This document shows, in pieces, positions 1-9,080 of a DNA stretch of 32,000 bases. The notes under the pieces are model-generated. The model was not told the DNA's origin, did not search any database, and saw only the letters and a list, made by a program, of their open reading frames with translations. The stretch spans positions 193,186-225,185 of the forward strand of contig NZ_CM001976.1 in NCBI RefSeq assembly GCF_000406145.1, in the 5' to 3' direction. The position numbers and the translations under genes were made by a program. This DNA comes from Dickeya dadantii NCPPB 898 (lineage in GTDB: Bacteria; Pseudomonadota; Gammaproteobacteria; Enterobacterales; Enterobacteriaceae). The number at the start of each line of letters is the position of its first letter. The stretch's first letter is position 1.

Positions 1-2
1 GT

Positions 3-362
3 ATCGACCGGGCACATACCGAGGCACTGACAGACAGCGCCCGGCAACAGCGCGAACTGTTAACCGAAGTACGGGCACTGGCCGACGATGCCAGAAACGT
101 GCTGGCGCAGGTGCGCGAGCGTGAGCAACAGCGTTATGCCGAAGGGGAAGAACGCCGTGAAAATCTGCGCGAAGTTATGCAGTCCGATACGTGCGCTAAC
201 ACTGTGGTGCCTGCTGCTGTCAGCGACAGCCTGCAAAAACGCGCCGCCGTCGCTCAGCGTGCAGATACTGCACGACCCGGCGCCGCCCAGCCTGACGGCG
301 CCGACACCGACGCCCGCACTGAAAACGCCGGTGACCTGGGGCGCGGTCGCGCTCTGGAGTGA
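3..362 (+). CDS. lysB: i-spanin, P2 LysB/Rz-like (5' end off-window)
   Basis: Frame 3 is open from the window edge to TGA 360-362. The charged coiled-coil-like text ...QQRELLTEVRALADDARNVLAQVREREQQRYAEGEERRENLREVMQSD.. fits Rz/LysB. It lies directly upstream of R, as in P2. Confidence 0.6.
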   Translation: MDRAHTEALTDSARQQRELLTEVRALADDARNVLAQVREREQQRYAEGEERRENLREVMQSDTCANTVVPAAVSDSLQKRAAVAQRADTARPGAAQPDGADTDARTENAGDLGRGRALE

Positions 363-465
363 TCAGCTTTTGGATGCGCTGGACACCTGCAACGCAGACA
401 AGGCCGCCATCAACGATTTATACCTGCGTCGCCTTCAGCGCCTGAAGGACGCGGCCACACCATAG
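88..465 (+). CDS. lysC: o-spanin lipoprotein, P2 LysC/Rz1-like, overlapping lysB in another frame (likely start ATG 136)
   Basis: The ORF overlaps the lysB 3' end out of frame and extends beyond it. It has a hydrophobic leader ending in the lipobox-like LLLSATAC, followed by a Pro-rich mature part, which is the overlapped spanin architecture of P2. Confidence 0.6.
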   Translation: MPETCWRRCASVSNSVMPKGKNAVKICAKLCSPIRALTLWCLLLSATACKNAPPSLSVQILHDPAPPSLTAPTPTPALKTPVTWGAVALWSDQLLDALDTCNADKAAINDLYLRRLQRLKDAATP

Positions 466-469
466 GGGA

Positions 470-934
470 ATGCTCATGCTGAAAACCAACTCGCTACGCA
501 CCGCGCTGACGGCATCCAATACCTGGTGCCGGGCCAACCCGGAAGCCTTCACGGTGTTTGTGGAAGAAGGCGGCATTGAAACCACCGGGGAAACGCCGTC
601 GTTTCTGTACCGCTACTCGCTGGTGCTGTTCGTGATGAACTTCACCGGCGATATCGACGATTTCACCTTACCGCTGATGGCCTGGTTGTGGCAGAACCAG
701 CCCGACCTGCTGCTGAACCCGCAAAAGAACCGCGAGGTGAAATTCACCACGCTGATCAATAACGACGACAGCGCCGACATTCTGTTTGAAATTCCGGTGC
801 GTGAGCGGGTTAAGGTCACGCGGGACGATAACGGCATCCTGCGTGCCGAACATTTGCCTGAACCTCGTCCGCGTCTCACCGGCGGGGTATGGGATGCGGT
901 GCTTGACGATGCCACCGGGGAGGCAGCGGCATGA
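470..934 (+). CDS. R: tail completion protein gpR
   Basis: 154 aa. MLKTNSLRTALT...FTGDIDDFTLPLMAWLWQNQPDLL aligns with remembered P2 gpR (MLKPDSLRRALT...FTGDFDLLIVPVLAWLRENQPDIM). Synteny supports it. Confidence 0.85.
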   Translation: MLMLKTNSLRTALTASNTWCRANPEAFTVFVEEGGIETTGETPSFLYRYSLVLFVMNFTGDIDDFTLPLMAWLWQNQPDLLLNPQKNREVKFTTLINNDDSADILFEIPVRERVKVTRDDNGILRAEHLPEPRPRLTGGVWDAVLDDATGEAAA

Positions 935-1569
935 CGGATAAATTATTTCACGCGCTGGATAAGGTGTTTGATGACATCCTTTCCGGCCTGTCACCTGCCG
1001 GACGGCTGAAAACGGCCCGTCAGGTCGGACAGGCGCTGCGCCGCAGTCAGCAGCAGCGCATCCGGGCGCAGAAAAACCCGGACGGCTCGGCTTATGCGAC
1101 CCGCCGCCGCAAGGTGCTGCGTTCGCAAAAAGGAATGGTCTTTGTCTGGGAAGGCCAGGTGCGCCACCTGAAGAACTGGCACGGCGGCCGGGGAAAATAC
1201 GGCCGCACGATCACCGGCTTTGATGAAGACCGCAACGCCATCCGCACGTTTTACCGCAGCGATATTGAGCGTTATATCGAGATCAACACGCAGGCGGTGC
1301 GCCGCACGACCAGCAAGACAACCCCGATGTTTCAGCGCCTGCGCGGTTATCGTTTTCTCAAAATGCGGGCCGATACCGACGGTGCCAGCGTAGGATTTGA
1401 CGGCATCGCCGGTCGTATCGCCCGCGTGCATCAGTACGGCGAGCGTGACAAGGTCGGGTCGGGCGCCTTTGCCCGCTACCCGGTGCGTGAACTGCTGGGG
1501 ATCTCCCTGGCTGATGAGCGTCTGATCCAGGACGCGGTGATCAACAGTCTGGGGAGTGCCGCCACATGA
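931..1569 (+). CDS. S: tail completion / virion morphogenesis protein gpS
   Basis: ATGA overlap with R. The motif ARQVGQALRRSQQQRIRAQKNPDGSAYA and ARVHQYG match P2 gpS. It is longer than P2 gpS because of an internal insertion. Confidence 0.8.
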   Translation: MTDKLFHALDKVFDDILSGLSPAGRLKTARQVGQALRRSQQQRIRAQKNPDGSAYATRRRKVLRSQKGMVFVWEGQVRHLKNWHGGRGKYGRTITGFDEDRNAIRTFYRSDIERYIEINTQAVRRTTSKTTPMFQRLRGYRFLKMRADTDGASVGFDGIAGRIARVHQYGERDKVGSGAFARYPVRELLGISLADERLIQDAVINSLGSAAT

Positions 1570-2147
1570 GCGCTGAACTGATGCGATTACTGGAAAACCT
1601 GTTGCGCGTCGGCGTCGTCACGGCGGTTGACCCGGCAACCTGGCGGGTACGTGTTAAGAGCGGTGAATTGCTCACCGACTGGCTACGCTGGAACACCACG
1701 CGCGCCGGGGCGTTTAACGTCTGGTTCCCGCCTGCCGTCGGAGAACAGGTGTTGCTGGGTTGCCTTGGCGGTAATCCGGAAACCGCCGTGATTATCGGTA
1801 GCCTGTTCAGTGAAGCCCACCCGGCACCCGGCAACAGCCTGAAGGAAATTGTGATCACCGCGCCGGACGGTGCCCGGTTTCGGTATGACGCCGTAGCGGG
1901 TTCGCTGGAAGCAACCGGCATGAAAACCGTCAACGTGGTGGCCTCGGTCAGCGTCACACTGAATACGCCGGTGGTGGAATGCACTCAGCACCTGAAGGCC
2001 CGCACCGTGGAGATCACCCACGGCGGCACCCTGGCCGGTAATGTGGCACATTCTGGCGGCGCGATGACCTCTAACGGCGTCCAGGTGGATAACCATCGCC
2101 ACGGCGGCATTCAGCCCGGCGGTAGCTGGACGAGTGGTACACAATGA
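1566..2147 (+). CDS. V: baseplate spike/assembly protein gpV
   Basis: ATGA overlap with S. TDWLRW..RAG....W.PP.VGEQVLL and the C-terminal SNGV..DNHRHGG match P2 gpV. Confidence 0.9.
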   Translation: MSAELMRLLENLLRVGVVTAVDPATWRVRVKSGELLTDWLRWNTTRAGAFNVWFPPAVGEQVLLGCLGGNPETAVIIGSLFSEAHPAPGNSLKEIVITAPDGARFRYDAVAGSLEATGMKTVNVVASVSVTLNTPVVECTQHLKARTVEITHGGTLAGNVAHSGGAMTSNGVQVDNHRHGGIQPGGSWTSGTQ

Positions 2148-2512
2148 CCGCGACCTATACCGGCATGAATCCGTATGGCACCGGCACCCTGACCGATGCC
2201 GATCAGCTCTGGCAGTCGGTGCGTGACATTCTGACTACGCCGCTGGCCTCGCGGGTGATGCGCCGGGATTACGGCAGCCTGATCCCCGACTTGCTGGATG
2301 CGCCGCAGAATGCCGTTACGCGGCTTCAGTTGATGAGTGCGGCCGTTATCGCCCTGACGCGCTGGGAGCCGCGTATCTCGCTGAATGCCGTCGATATTCG
2401 TTATTCAGCATCGGGAGCGGTAGACGTGGCGTTATCGGGGTTGATTACCGAAACGATGCAGGCGGCCAACGCTGCCATCACGCTCAGGGGTGACAGTGAT
2501 GGCAACGGTTGA
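2144..2512 (+). CDS. W: baseplate wedge protein gpW (gp25/GPW family)
   Basis: MTATYTGMN...SVRDILTTPLASRVMRRDYGSL...WEPR matches P2 gpW almost motif for motif. Confidence 0.9.
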   Translation: MTATYTGMNPYGTGTLTDADQLWQSVRDILTTPLASRVMRRDYGSLIPDLLDAPQNAVTRLQLMSAAVIALTRWEPRISLNAVDIRYSASGAVDVALSGLITETMQAANAAITLRGDSDGNG

Positions 2513-3395
2513 TTTATCGCAGTTACCCCAGCCGCAGATCATTGAAGTGCTGGACTTCGAAGTCATCCTTCAGGACGTGAAAGCGGTGATGATTGCCGCC
2601 TTTCCGGCCGCTCAGCAGGCGTCCGTGACCGCCGCGCTAGCGCTGGAGTCCGAGCCACTCACCGCGATCGCGCAGGTGATCGCCTACCGGGAAATGATGT
2701 TACGCCAGCGGATTAACGAAGGCGCGGAAGCCTGCCTGCTCAGCTACGCCGTGTCATCCGATCTGGATAATCTGGCCGCCAACCTGAACACCAAACGATT
2801 GACTATCACCGAAGCGACCGACACCGCCGATGCCGTGATGGAAAGCGACAGCGCGCTACGCTTGCGGGCGCAGGCGGCTTTTGAGGGACTGAGCGTGGCC
2901 GGGCCGACCGGCGCGTATGAGTATTTTGCCAAAAGTGCCAGCGGCAAGGCAGCGGATGCCAAAGCGATCAGCCCGTCCCCGGCGGTAGTGGTGGTGTCGG
3001 TGTTATCCACCGAGGGAGACGGCAGCGCCTCGGCTGACCTGCTGGCGGCGGTCGATGCCGCGCTGTCTGCCGATGATAAACGCCCGGTTGGCGACCGCCT
3101 GACGGTACAAAGCGCCGAGATAGTGCGTTATGCCATTACGGCGGTGTTGTACCGCTATCCGGGGCCGGAATCGGAGCCGATCCAGCAGGCCGCACAGCAG
3201 GCATTAACATCATGGCTCAGCGCACAGGGGCGCATCGGGCGCGATGTGGCTCGCTCGGCCATTATGGCGGCGCTGCATGTGCAAGGGGTGCAACGCGTTG
3301 AACTGCTGGAACCGGCGCAAGACATCGTGATCAGCGACACGCAGGCGGCGTACTGCACCGGGTTCACGATCACCGAGGGCGGCAGCGATGAGTAA
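2490..3395 (+). CDS. J: baseplate protein gpJ (probable start ATG 2499)
   Basis: LESEPL, FEGLSVAGP.GAY.Y, GPESEPI, ALHV.GVQRVEL and the ending GGSDE match P2 gpJ. Size is about 300 aa. Confidence 0.9.
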   Translation: MTVMATVDLSQLPQPQIIEVLDFEVILQDVKAVMIAAFPAAQQASVTAALALESEPLTAIAQVIAYREMMLRQRINEGAEACLLSYAVSSDLDNLAANLNTKRLTITEATDTADAVMESDSALRLRAQAAFEGLSVAGPTGAYEYFAKSASGKAADAKAISPSPAVVVVSVLSTEGDGSASADLLAAVDAALSADDKRPVGDRLTVQSAEIVRYAITAVLYRYPGPESEPIQQAAQQALTSWLSAQGRIGRDVARSAIMAALHVQGVQRVELLEPAQDIVISDTQAAYCTGFTITEGGSDE

Positions 3396-3996
3396 CAGCC
3401 TGCTGCCCCCGTCAGCCAGCGACTTTATGCGCAACGTCGCCAGCTCCACCCAGCTCCTGAGTGGGATAGCGGTCGATCTGGATACGTTATGGGACGCTGA
3501 GCGCTGCCCCGTCGGGTTATTGCCGTACCTTGCCTGGGCGCTGTCGGTTGACCGCTGGGATAAGCGCTGGTCAGAACAGACCAAACGCCAGGTGATCAAG
3601 GCGGCCTGGCTGGTACACCGTCAGAAGGGCACTATCGCGGCATTGCGCCGGGTGGTGGAGCCGTTCGGCTATCTGATTCGCATTACCGAGTGGTGGCAGA
3701 CTGGCGGCACGCCCGGCACCTTCCGGCTGGATATCGGCGTGCAGGATGCTGGCATCACCGAAGAAACCTATCTGGAGCTTGAGCGGCTGATCGCTGACGC
3801 CAAACCGGTAAGTCGCCACTTGCTGGGGCTAAATATCGTCATGGACTGCGCGGGTAATATCCCGCTGGCCGCCGGGCAATACAGCGGCGATGCGCTGACC
3901 GTTTACCCCTATTTTCCCGAAACGATTACCACCGGCGGTGCGGATATACACGCAGCGGCGATACATCTGTCTGACAATGTGAGCGTGAACGCATGA
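3388..3996 (+). CDS. I: baseplate/tail protein gpI
   Basis: LLPYLAWALSVDRWDKRW, GTIAALRRVVEPFGYLI.ITEWW and PGTFRLDIGV match P2 gpI. It overlaps J and H by 8 and 4 nt. Confidence 0.9.
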   Translation: MSNSLLPPSASDFMRNVASSTQLLSGIAVDLDTLWDAERCPVGLLPYLAWALSVDRWDKRWSEQTKRQVIKAAWLVHRQKGTIAALRRVVEPFGYLIRITEWWQTGGTPGTFRLDIGVQDAGITEETYLELERLIADAKPVSRHLLGLNIVMDCAGNIPLAAGQYSGDALTVYPYFPETITTGGADIHAAAIHLSDNVSVNA

Positions 3997-5387
3997 CAAC
4001 AAAATATTTTGCCTTGCTGACAAATACCGGCGCGGCGCTGCTGGCGAACGCTACTGCGCTGGGGCGGCAACTGTCGATTACACAAATGGCGCTGGGCGAT
4101 GGCGGCGGCACACTGCCGACCCCAGACTCGGCACAAACGAAACTGGTGAACGAACGGCGCCGGGCGCCGCTCAATTCCCTGGGCGTTGACCCGGCGAACC
4201 CGAGTCAGATTATTGCCGAACAGGTGATCCCAGAGGACGAGGGCGGCTGGTGGATACGTGAAATCGGTCTGTATGATGCGGCGGGTAACCTGATTGCCGT
4301 CGCCAACTGCCCGGAAACCTACAAGCCGCAATTACAGGAAGGCTCTGGCCGGGTGCAGACGGTGCGCATGATTTTGATTGTCAGTAGTACCGAAGCGGTA
4401 ACGCTGAAAATCGATCCGTCGGTAGTGCTGGCGACGCGTGCATATACCGACGGTAAGGCCACCGAAGCGAAAACCTACACCGATGTTCAGACGAACAACG
4501 CCAAAATTGAAGTGAAAGCTTACGCCGATAACCTGCTGGATCAGCTCGCGACGACGATGACGGCAACGCTGACCGAAAAAATGGATAAAACGCAGAACGG
4601 CGCGGATATTGCCGACGTGGCAAAATTTCTGGAAAACATCGGCCTGACAGCGCCACGGTTTAGCGGTGTGGTTGGCACAACCCGTAACGCCAAAATGAGC
4701 ATTACAACGGCATCCGCGACAGCGACCTTTACCGCAGATGAAATCATTGTGGCCGAGTCGCTGGGCGGGCGGCAATATCGCCTCAGTTTGTTTAACGCCA
4801 GCGTCAATCTGGCAATGACCGGCGCTGGCGGTATGGACACAGGAGCGGCACCGGCGGCGGGCTTTGTGGCGCTTTACGCCATCTACAACCCAACCAGCAA
4901 GGCACCGGCACTGCTGGCAGTGAATACCACCAGCGCGGTATCACCTGAAATTTACACTGGCGGCAACATGCCGGCCGGCTATAGCGCATCAGCACTGGTC
5001 AGTGTCTGGCGAGTATCATCATCACGATTTGTGGTGGGCTATCAGTCAGGGCGCCATATCAATATTATGCGCAGCGCCGCGCTCAGCAGCACAACGCAGC
5101 ATGCTGACTTGATCCCCCTCTCTCTGGCCGGGTTGGTGCCGCCAAATGCCCATTCGGTGAATGGCGACGGCTACACGACAACGAGCGATGGCTCGACGGT
5201 AGCCGTGAATTTCGCGATCGCATCATCGGCAACAGGTATTAACCGGTATTCGGCGACGCAATTTGGTTCACTGTCGATGCCTTTTTCATCCGTCGCCATT
5301 ATTGACGCCCAAACGGTTTATTACACCGCAACCATCGTTTCCGGGGCGTTGACGATGGCCATAAACGTGAGTGGGTACGAGATATGA
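3993..5387 (+). CDS. H: tail fibre H1 (resident copy in the V-W-J-I-H operon)
   Basis: The N-terminal roughly 150 aa (GDGGGTLPTPD..Q..L.NE..R..LN...VIPEDEGGWWIREIGLYD..GNLIAVANCPETYKP...EGSGRVQTVRMILIVS) match the P2 gpH N-terminal domain. Confidence 0.9.
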   Translation: MTTKYFALLTNTGAALLANATALGRQLSITQMALGDGGGTLPTPDSAQTKLVNERRRAPLNSLGVDPANPSQIIAEQVIPEDEGGWWIREIGLYDAAGNLIAVANCPETYKPQLQEGSGRVQTVRMILIVSSTEAVTLKIDPSVVLATRAYTDGKATEAKTYTDVQTNNAKIEVKAYADNLLDQLATTMTATLTEKMDKTQNGADIADVAKFLENIGLTAPRFSGVVGTTRNAKMSITTASATATFTADEIIVAESLGGRQYRLSLFNASVNLAMTGAGGMDTGAAPAAGFVALYAIYNPTSKAPALLAVNTTSAVSPEIYTGGNMPAGYSASALVSVWRVSSSRFVVGYQSGRHINIMRSAALSSTTQHADLIPLSLAGLVPPNAHSVNGDGYTTTSDGSTVAVNFAIASSATGINRYSATQFGSLSMPFSSVAIIDAQTVYYTATIVSGALTMAINVSGYEI

Positions 5388-5539
5388 TTTACGTTCAATT
5401 TTCTGATTCATCGCAAACTGACGTTGTTGCTGTATTCAGTTGCCCGCAGGATGAAGCGGCTTACCAACATCAGGGGCAGGTACCAGACAATGACGCACGC
5501 TATCTGACATTTATCTCTAAGCTGGAGCAGGTCGAGTAA
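5384..5539 (+). CDS. 51-aa ORF translationally coupled to H1 (occupies the gpG position; function unknown)
   Basis: ATGA overlap with the H1 stop. Translation is MIYVQFSDSSQTDVVAVFSCPQDEAAYQHQGQVPDNDARYLTFISKLEQVE. It is below the ORF-track size cutoff and I recognise no Tfa/gpG motif. Confidence 0.35.
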   Translation: MIYVQFSDSSQTDVVAVFSCPQDEAAYQHQGQVPDNDARYLTFISKLEQVE

Positions 5540-5547
5540 CAGATAAC

Positions 5548-5565
5548 ACGGCCCTGTCGGGCCGT
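5548..5565. terminator. GC hairpin between convergent H1 operon and U (weak, no clear U-tract)
   Basis: acggccc-tgtc-gggccgt, a 7-bp stem that overlaps the U stop codon. Confidence 0.3.
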
Positions 5566-6074
5566 TAAAACAGCCCTTTCACCGTATCGATAGCGCCCGT
5601 CGCTGCATCCTTAACACTCTTCATCGCGTTGGTTGCCGCACTGCGCGCAGTGTCCATCAGGTCGCTAAAGGATGATGATTGCAGCTTCTCCCGCAGGTCT
5701 TCATCACAGCGCTGAAAGCTCAGCGAAAACTCAATCTTCTTTGCCTTCCCGTAGCGATTCAGTTCTGTGCGCGTGGTCTGCATACCTGTCAACACGTACA
5801 TGCCGTAAATCTGCCCGGTGCCGTCAATCAACGGCCAGGGGCGGCCGCTGTAGGCTTGCGTGGTTAGCGCGGTTAACGACACTTCACCACCGGTAATTTC
5901 AGGGTACAGCACGCCGCTCAGCGTGATCTGATCTTCCCCGGCGCCAATGTATTGCCATTTTGCGGAACGGTTAATCCGCTCATTCTTTACATGCCGCCAG
6001 GCACGCGACTGCTGAAGCTGTTGATAAGGCAAGGTACGCAGCTCAAACACAAACAGCCCATACACCATCATCAT
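5565..6074 (-). CDS. U: tail protein gpU
   Basis: MMMVYGLFVFELRTLPYQQLQQSRAWRH...ITLSGVLYPEITGG matches P2 gpU (MMMVLGLFVF.LKTVPYQELQRQRSWRH). Confidence 0.85.
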   Translation of the reverse strand: MMMVYGLFVFELRTLPYQQLQQSRAWRHVKNERINRSAKWQYIGAGEDQITLSGVLYPEITGGEVSLTALTTQAYSGRPWPLIDGTGQIYGMYVLTGMQTTRTELNRYGKAKKIEFSLSFQRCDEDLREKLQSSSFSDLMDTARSAATNAMKSVKDAATGAIDTVKGLF

Positions 6075-6086
6075 CGGTTTTTCTCC

Positions 6087-9080
6087 TTACTCTCTGTCTC
6101 TGAAACTGCCACGCTGAAGTCTGTCGCGGCGGGCCAGTTCGGCACTGACCGCATCGGCCACAATACGGCCCAGCTCTCGGGCGTCCTGCCGTTCAACACC
6201 GTGCAGGTGTATATGGATTTCCCCGTTGAAACCACTCGCCGCCGGTGTTCTGGCCGCCGGGCGACTGACCGGGGACGCATCGGCCTGTTTGACGGGCAGC
6301 GTTGCCGCGACCACGGCGGGGCGGTCGCTGAGCGCCTGCATGGTCTGCGCAGGCTGTGAGGGGGCAGAAGGTGTGCCGCCAGTGAGCCGGGATTCCTGCC
6401 ACTCGCCACGCACGGCCAGCGCTTTCGGCAGATTTTTGAATACGATATCGCCGGGGCCGATGCGCTTTTTGGTTTCTTCCAGCACGCCGCCGGTGTTGTC
6501 GGCAATCTTCTGCAAACGGCGCTGGGTGCCGCTGTCCCCGGTCAGGGGCGGCTTGGGCGCGGGTGGAGGCGCAGTGGTGGCCCCCTTCAAATCGCCAGTC
6601 AGGCTGGTGACCAGACCCTGAAGCCGGTTTTTTCCTTCCGGCGTCAGTTCGCCCTTCAACTGGTCGGCTTTTTTCTGAGCCGCATCCAGTCCCGACGGGA
6701 TCAGGCCGAGCTTTTCCAGAACCCAGCCAATCCCCTCCATCAGCTTTTGCAGCGGCCATAACAGCATTTCCAATGCTGACCCCAGCACCTTACCGAATCC
6801 ATAGCCCGCGATCGCGCAGTCATCCAGCGTCTTCTTTGTGGTCTGGATCGGGTCAAAGAGTTGCTTAAACCGATCCCACAGGCGCGACACGGCCGACACA
6901 ATCACATCAAAGACGGGGGCCAGGCCGGTAAATGTCTGACGAATCGGGCCAAGACTGATAACAATGCCGGTAAACATCCCGCTGAAAAACGTTTTGATAG
7001 GCTCCCAGAAGCGCCAGATAAGCAGCCCTGCCGCCACAAACGCCGCACCAATCAACCCGATCGGGCTTAACAGCAATGACAGCACGCCGCCTAACATCGA
7101 GACGGCGCCGGTGATCAGGCTCCATAGCGCAGGCAAGCCGCTTAGCCGCAACAACAATCCGCCAACGCCCCTGACCAGTGAACCTAACGCCGCCGCCGGC
7201 GAGGTGAACACGGCCAGCAACATGCCGCGCAGCGGGGTCAGTGTCGTCGTCAGTCGGCCCGCGCTGCCGGAAAAAAGCTGTAGCCAGCCGCCCATGCGTG
7301 CCATCGGCCCGCCGAGCAGGCTACTTAACCCCGAAAACAGCGACAGCGCGCCACCGACGCCCCGCGAACCCAGCAGCAGTGAAAAGCCGAGCTGGAGCTT
7401 AGCCAGCGGCCCCATCAACAGGCCAATTGCCAGCGAGGTGCCGCCGATTGCCACCGTGAGTGCCAGCGCACCGCCGCCGGCCAGTAACAGCGTCTGCGTC
7501 AGTTTGGGGTTTTCTTTCACCCAACCGCTCACGTTGGTGATCACATCACTTAATCCCTGCGTCAGGCTACGCAGCGGCTTATCTGTCGTCTCTTCAACCT
7601 GAATACGGAAGCCTTCCCAGGCGCTGTCGAGGTTTTTCAGGTCGCCGCCCAGGTTGTCCGCCATCTTTTTAGCAACGGCGTCCGCTTCACCCTTGGCTTT
7701 TTTCAACTCCCCAGACAGTTTTCCCAGCGCGCCGCTACCGGCCGCCTGTACCAGTGTTTGCAGGCCGACAAAGGCTTCCTCCCCGGCGATATCCTTGAAG
7801 AAGGACACCTGATCGACCTGGCCGTATTTTTGGGTCGCCTTGTACAGATCGCGTAACACGTCCTGCATTGGCCGCATCTTGCCTTTGGCATCGGCCACCG
7901 ACACGCCCAGCTCTTTTAACGCCGCCGCTGCGGCTTTCGGCGGCGAGGCCAGCCGCGAAAGGCTGGCACGCATGGCGGTACCGGCATCACTGCCGCGAAT
8001 ACCGTTATTCGCCAGCATGCCGGCCATCGCGGCCGCATCTTCCAGACTGATCCCCAGCTTGGCCGCCACCGGCCCGGCGTATTTCATGGTTTCGCCGAGG
8101 CTGAACAGGTCGGTGTTGGTGCGGGTAAACGCACCGGTCAGCACATCGCTGACCCTATCCATCTGGCTCGCATCCAGATTGAACTGCGACAGGATATTTG
8201 AGCCGATATCGGCGGTTTCGCCCAGCTCCATGCCACCGGCCAGCGCCATATTCAGCACGCCCGGCAGTGCCGCCTGAATAGCTTGAGGCGTAAAGCCGGC
8301 CATCGCCAGAAACGCCTGCCCGCTGGCCGCATCGCGGGTGGTGAATGCGGTTTCCGCGCCGAGCTTTTTGGCCTGCGCCCGCAGGGCCGCCAGTTGCTGA
8401 TCGCCTTTATCCAGTCGAGTCAGCGCCTGAACGCGCGACATCTCTTCATCAAACCCGACCGCCGGGGCCAGAAATTGCCCACCCGCGTATCCGACTGCCG
8501 CCCCGCCCGCCACCGCCATTGTGCCGCTGCCGCGCAGCTTGCCCGCCGTCTGCTGCATCCGCTCATAGCGGGCGCGGGCCTGCGTGACGGCAGCCAGTTG
8601 CCGCCGCTCTCGCTCCAGTGTCTGGTTATATTGTTCGGTGCGCCGGATGGCGCTCTGGATGGTGGCATTACTGCCGACCAGCGACACGCCATGACCGCGT
8701 ACCGCCTGCGAGGCAGCGCGCAGCTTGACCACTTCCTGATCGCGGGTGATGTTCAACCGCTCCAGTTTGGCGGCCAGTGAGGCCATGTGCTCCCGTTGCT
8801 TGTCAGTCAGCACCGTGCCGCTTTGCTGGGCCTTTTTCAGCCCGTCCAGGCTACGGCTGGCTTCATCAATCTTGCGAGAGGTCTTTTGTACGCTGTCGCG
8901 CAGGCGATTGAAGGACTTGGACTGTTGATCCAGATCCTTGATGGCGGCCTGGGTACGTTTGAGGGATTCAGATAAACCGCCCGCACTCTGGCGGGCGGTG
9001 TTGACCGGGCGGGTCAGGCGGTCGATAGCGCTGAAGGCTACGCGGATATCAAGGCTTTTCATCGGCTTCACTGGCTCCAC
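6087..9080 (-). CDS. T: tail tape measure protein gpT (alternative start ATG at 9062)
   Basis: A 997-aa protein with an N-terminal coiled-coil, central Gly/Ala/Leu-rich hydrophobic repeats, and a position between E/E' and U. Confidence 0.9.
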   Translation of the reverse strand: MEPVKPMKSLDIRVAFSAIDRLTRPVNTARQSAGGLSESLKRTQAAIKDLDQQSKSFNRLRDSVQKTSRKIDEASRSLDGLKKAQQSGTVLTDKQREHMASLAAKLERLNITRDQEVVKLRAASQAVRGHGVSLVGSNATIQSAIRRTEQYNQTLERERRQLAAVTQARARYERMQQTAGKLRGSGTMAVAGGAAVGYAGGQFLAPAVGFDEEMSRVQALTRLDKGDQQLAALRAQAKKLGAETAFTTRDAASGQAFLAMAGFTPQAIQAALPGVLNMALAGGMELGETADIGSNILSQFNLDASQMDRVSDVLTGAFTRTNTDLFSLGETMKYAGPVAAKLGISLEDAAAMAGMLANNGIRGSDAGTAMRASLSRLASPPKAAAAALKELGVSVADAKGKMRPMQDVLRDLYKATQKYGQVDQVSFFKDIAGEEAFVGLQTLVQAAGSGALGKLSGELKKAKGEADAVAKKMADNLGGDLKNLDSAWEGFRIQVEETTDKPLRSLTQGLSDVITNVSGWVKENPKLTQTLLLAGGGALALTVAIGGTSLAIGLLMGPLAKLQLGFSLLLGSRGVGGALSLFSGLSSLLGGPMARMGGWLQLFSGSAGRLTTTLTPLRGMLLAVFTSPAAALGSLVRGVGGLLLRLSGLPALWSLITGAVSMLGGVLSLLLSPIGLIGAAFVAAGLLIWRFWEPIKTFFSGMFTGIVISLGPIRQTFTGLAPVFDVIVSAVSRLWDRFKQLFDPIQTTKKTLDDCAIAGYGFGKVLGSALEMLLWPLQKLMEGIGWVLEKLGLIPSGLDAAQKKADQLKGELTPEGKNRLQGLVTSLTGDLKGATTAPPPAPKPPLTGDSGTQRRLQKIADNTGGVLEETKKRIGPGDIVFKNLPKALAVRGEWQESRLTGGTPSAPSQPAQTMQALSDRPAVVAATLPVKQADASPVSRPAARTPAASGFNGEIHIHLHGVERQDARELGRIVADAVSAELARRDRLQRGSFRDRE

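Noticed and set aside
1381-1569. An Ogr-type promoter (P_V) expected upstream of V, as in P2.
   Set aside because: S and V overlap (ATGA), and the last roughly 190 nt of S contain no TGT triplet at all. V is therefore probably co-transcribed with R-S in this element.
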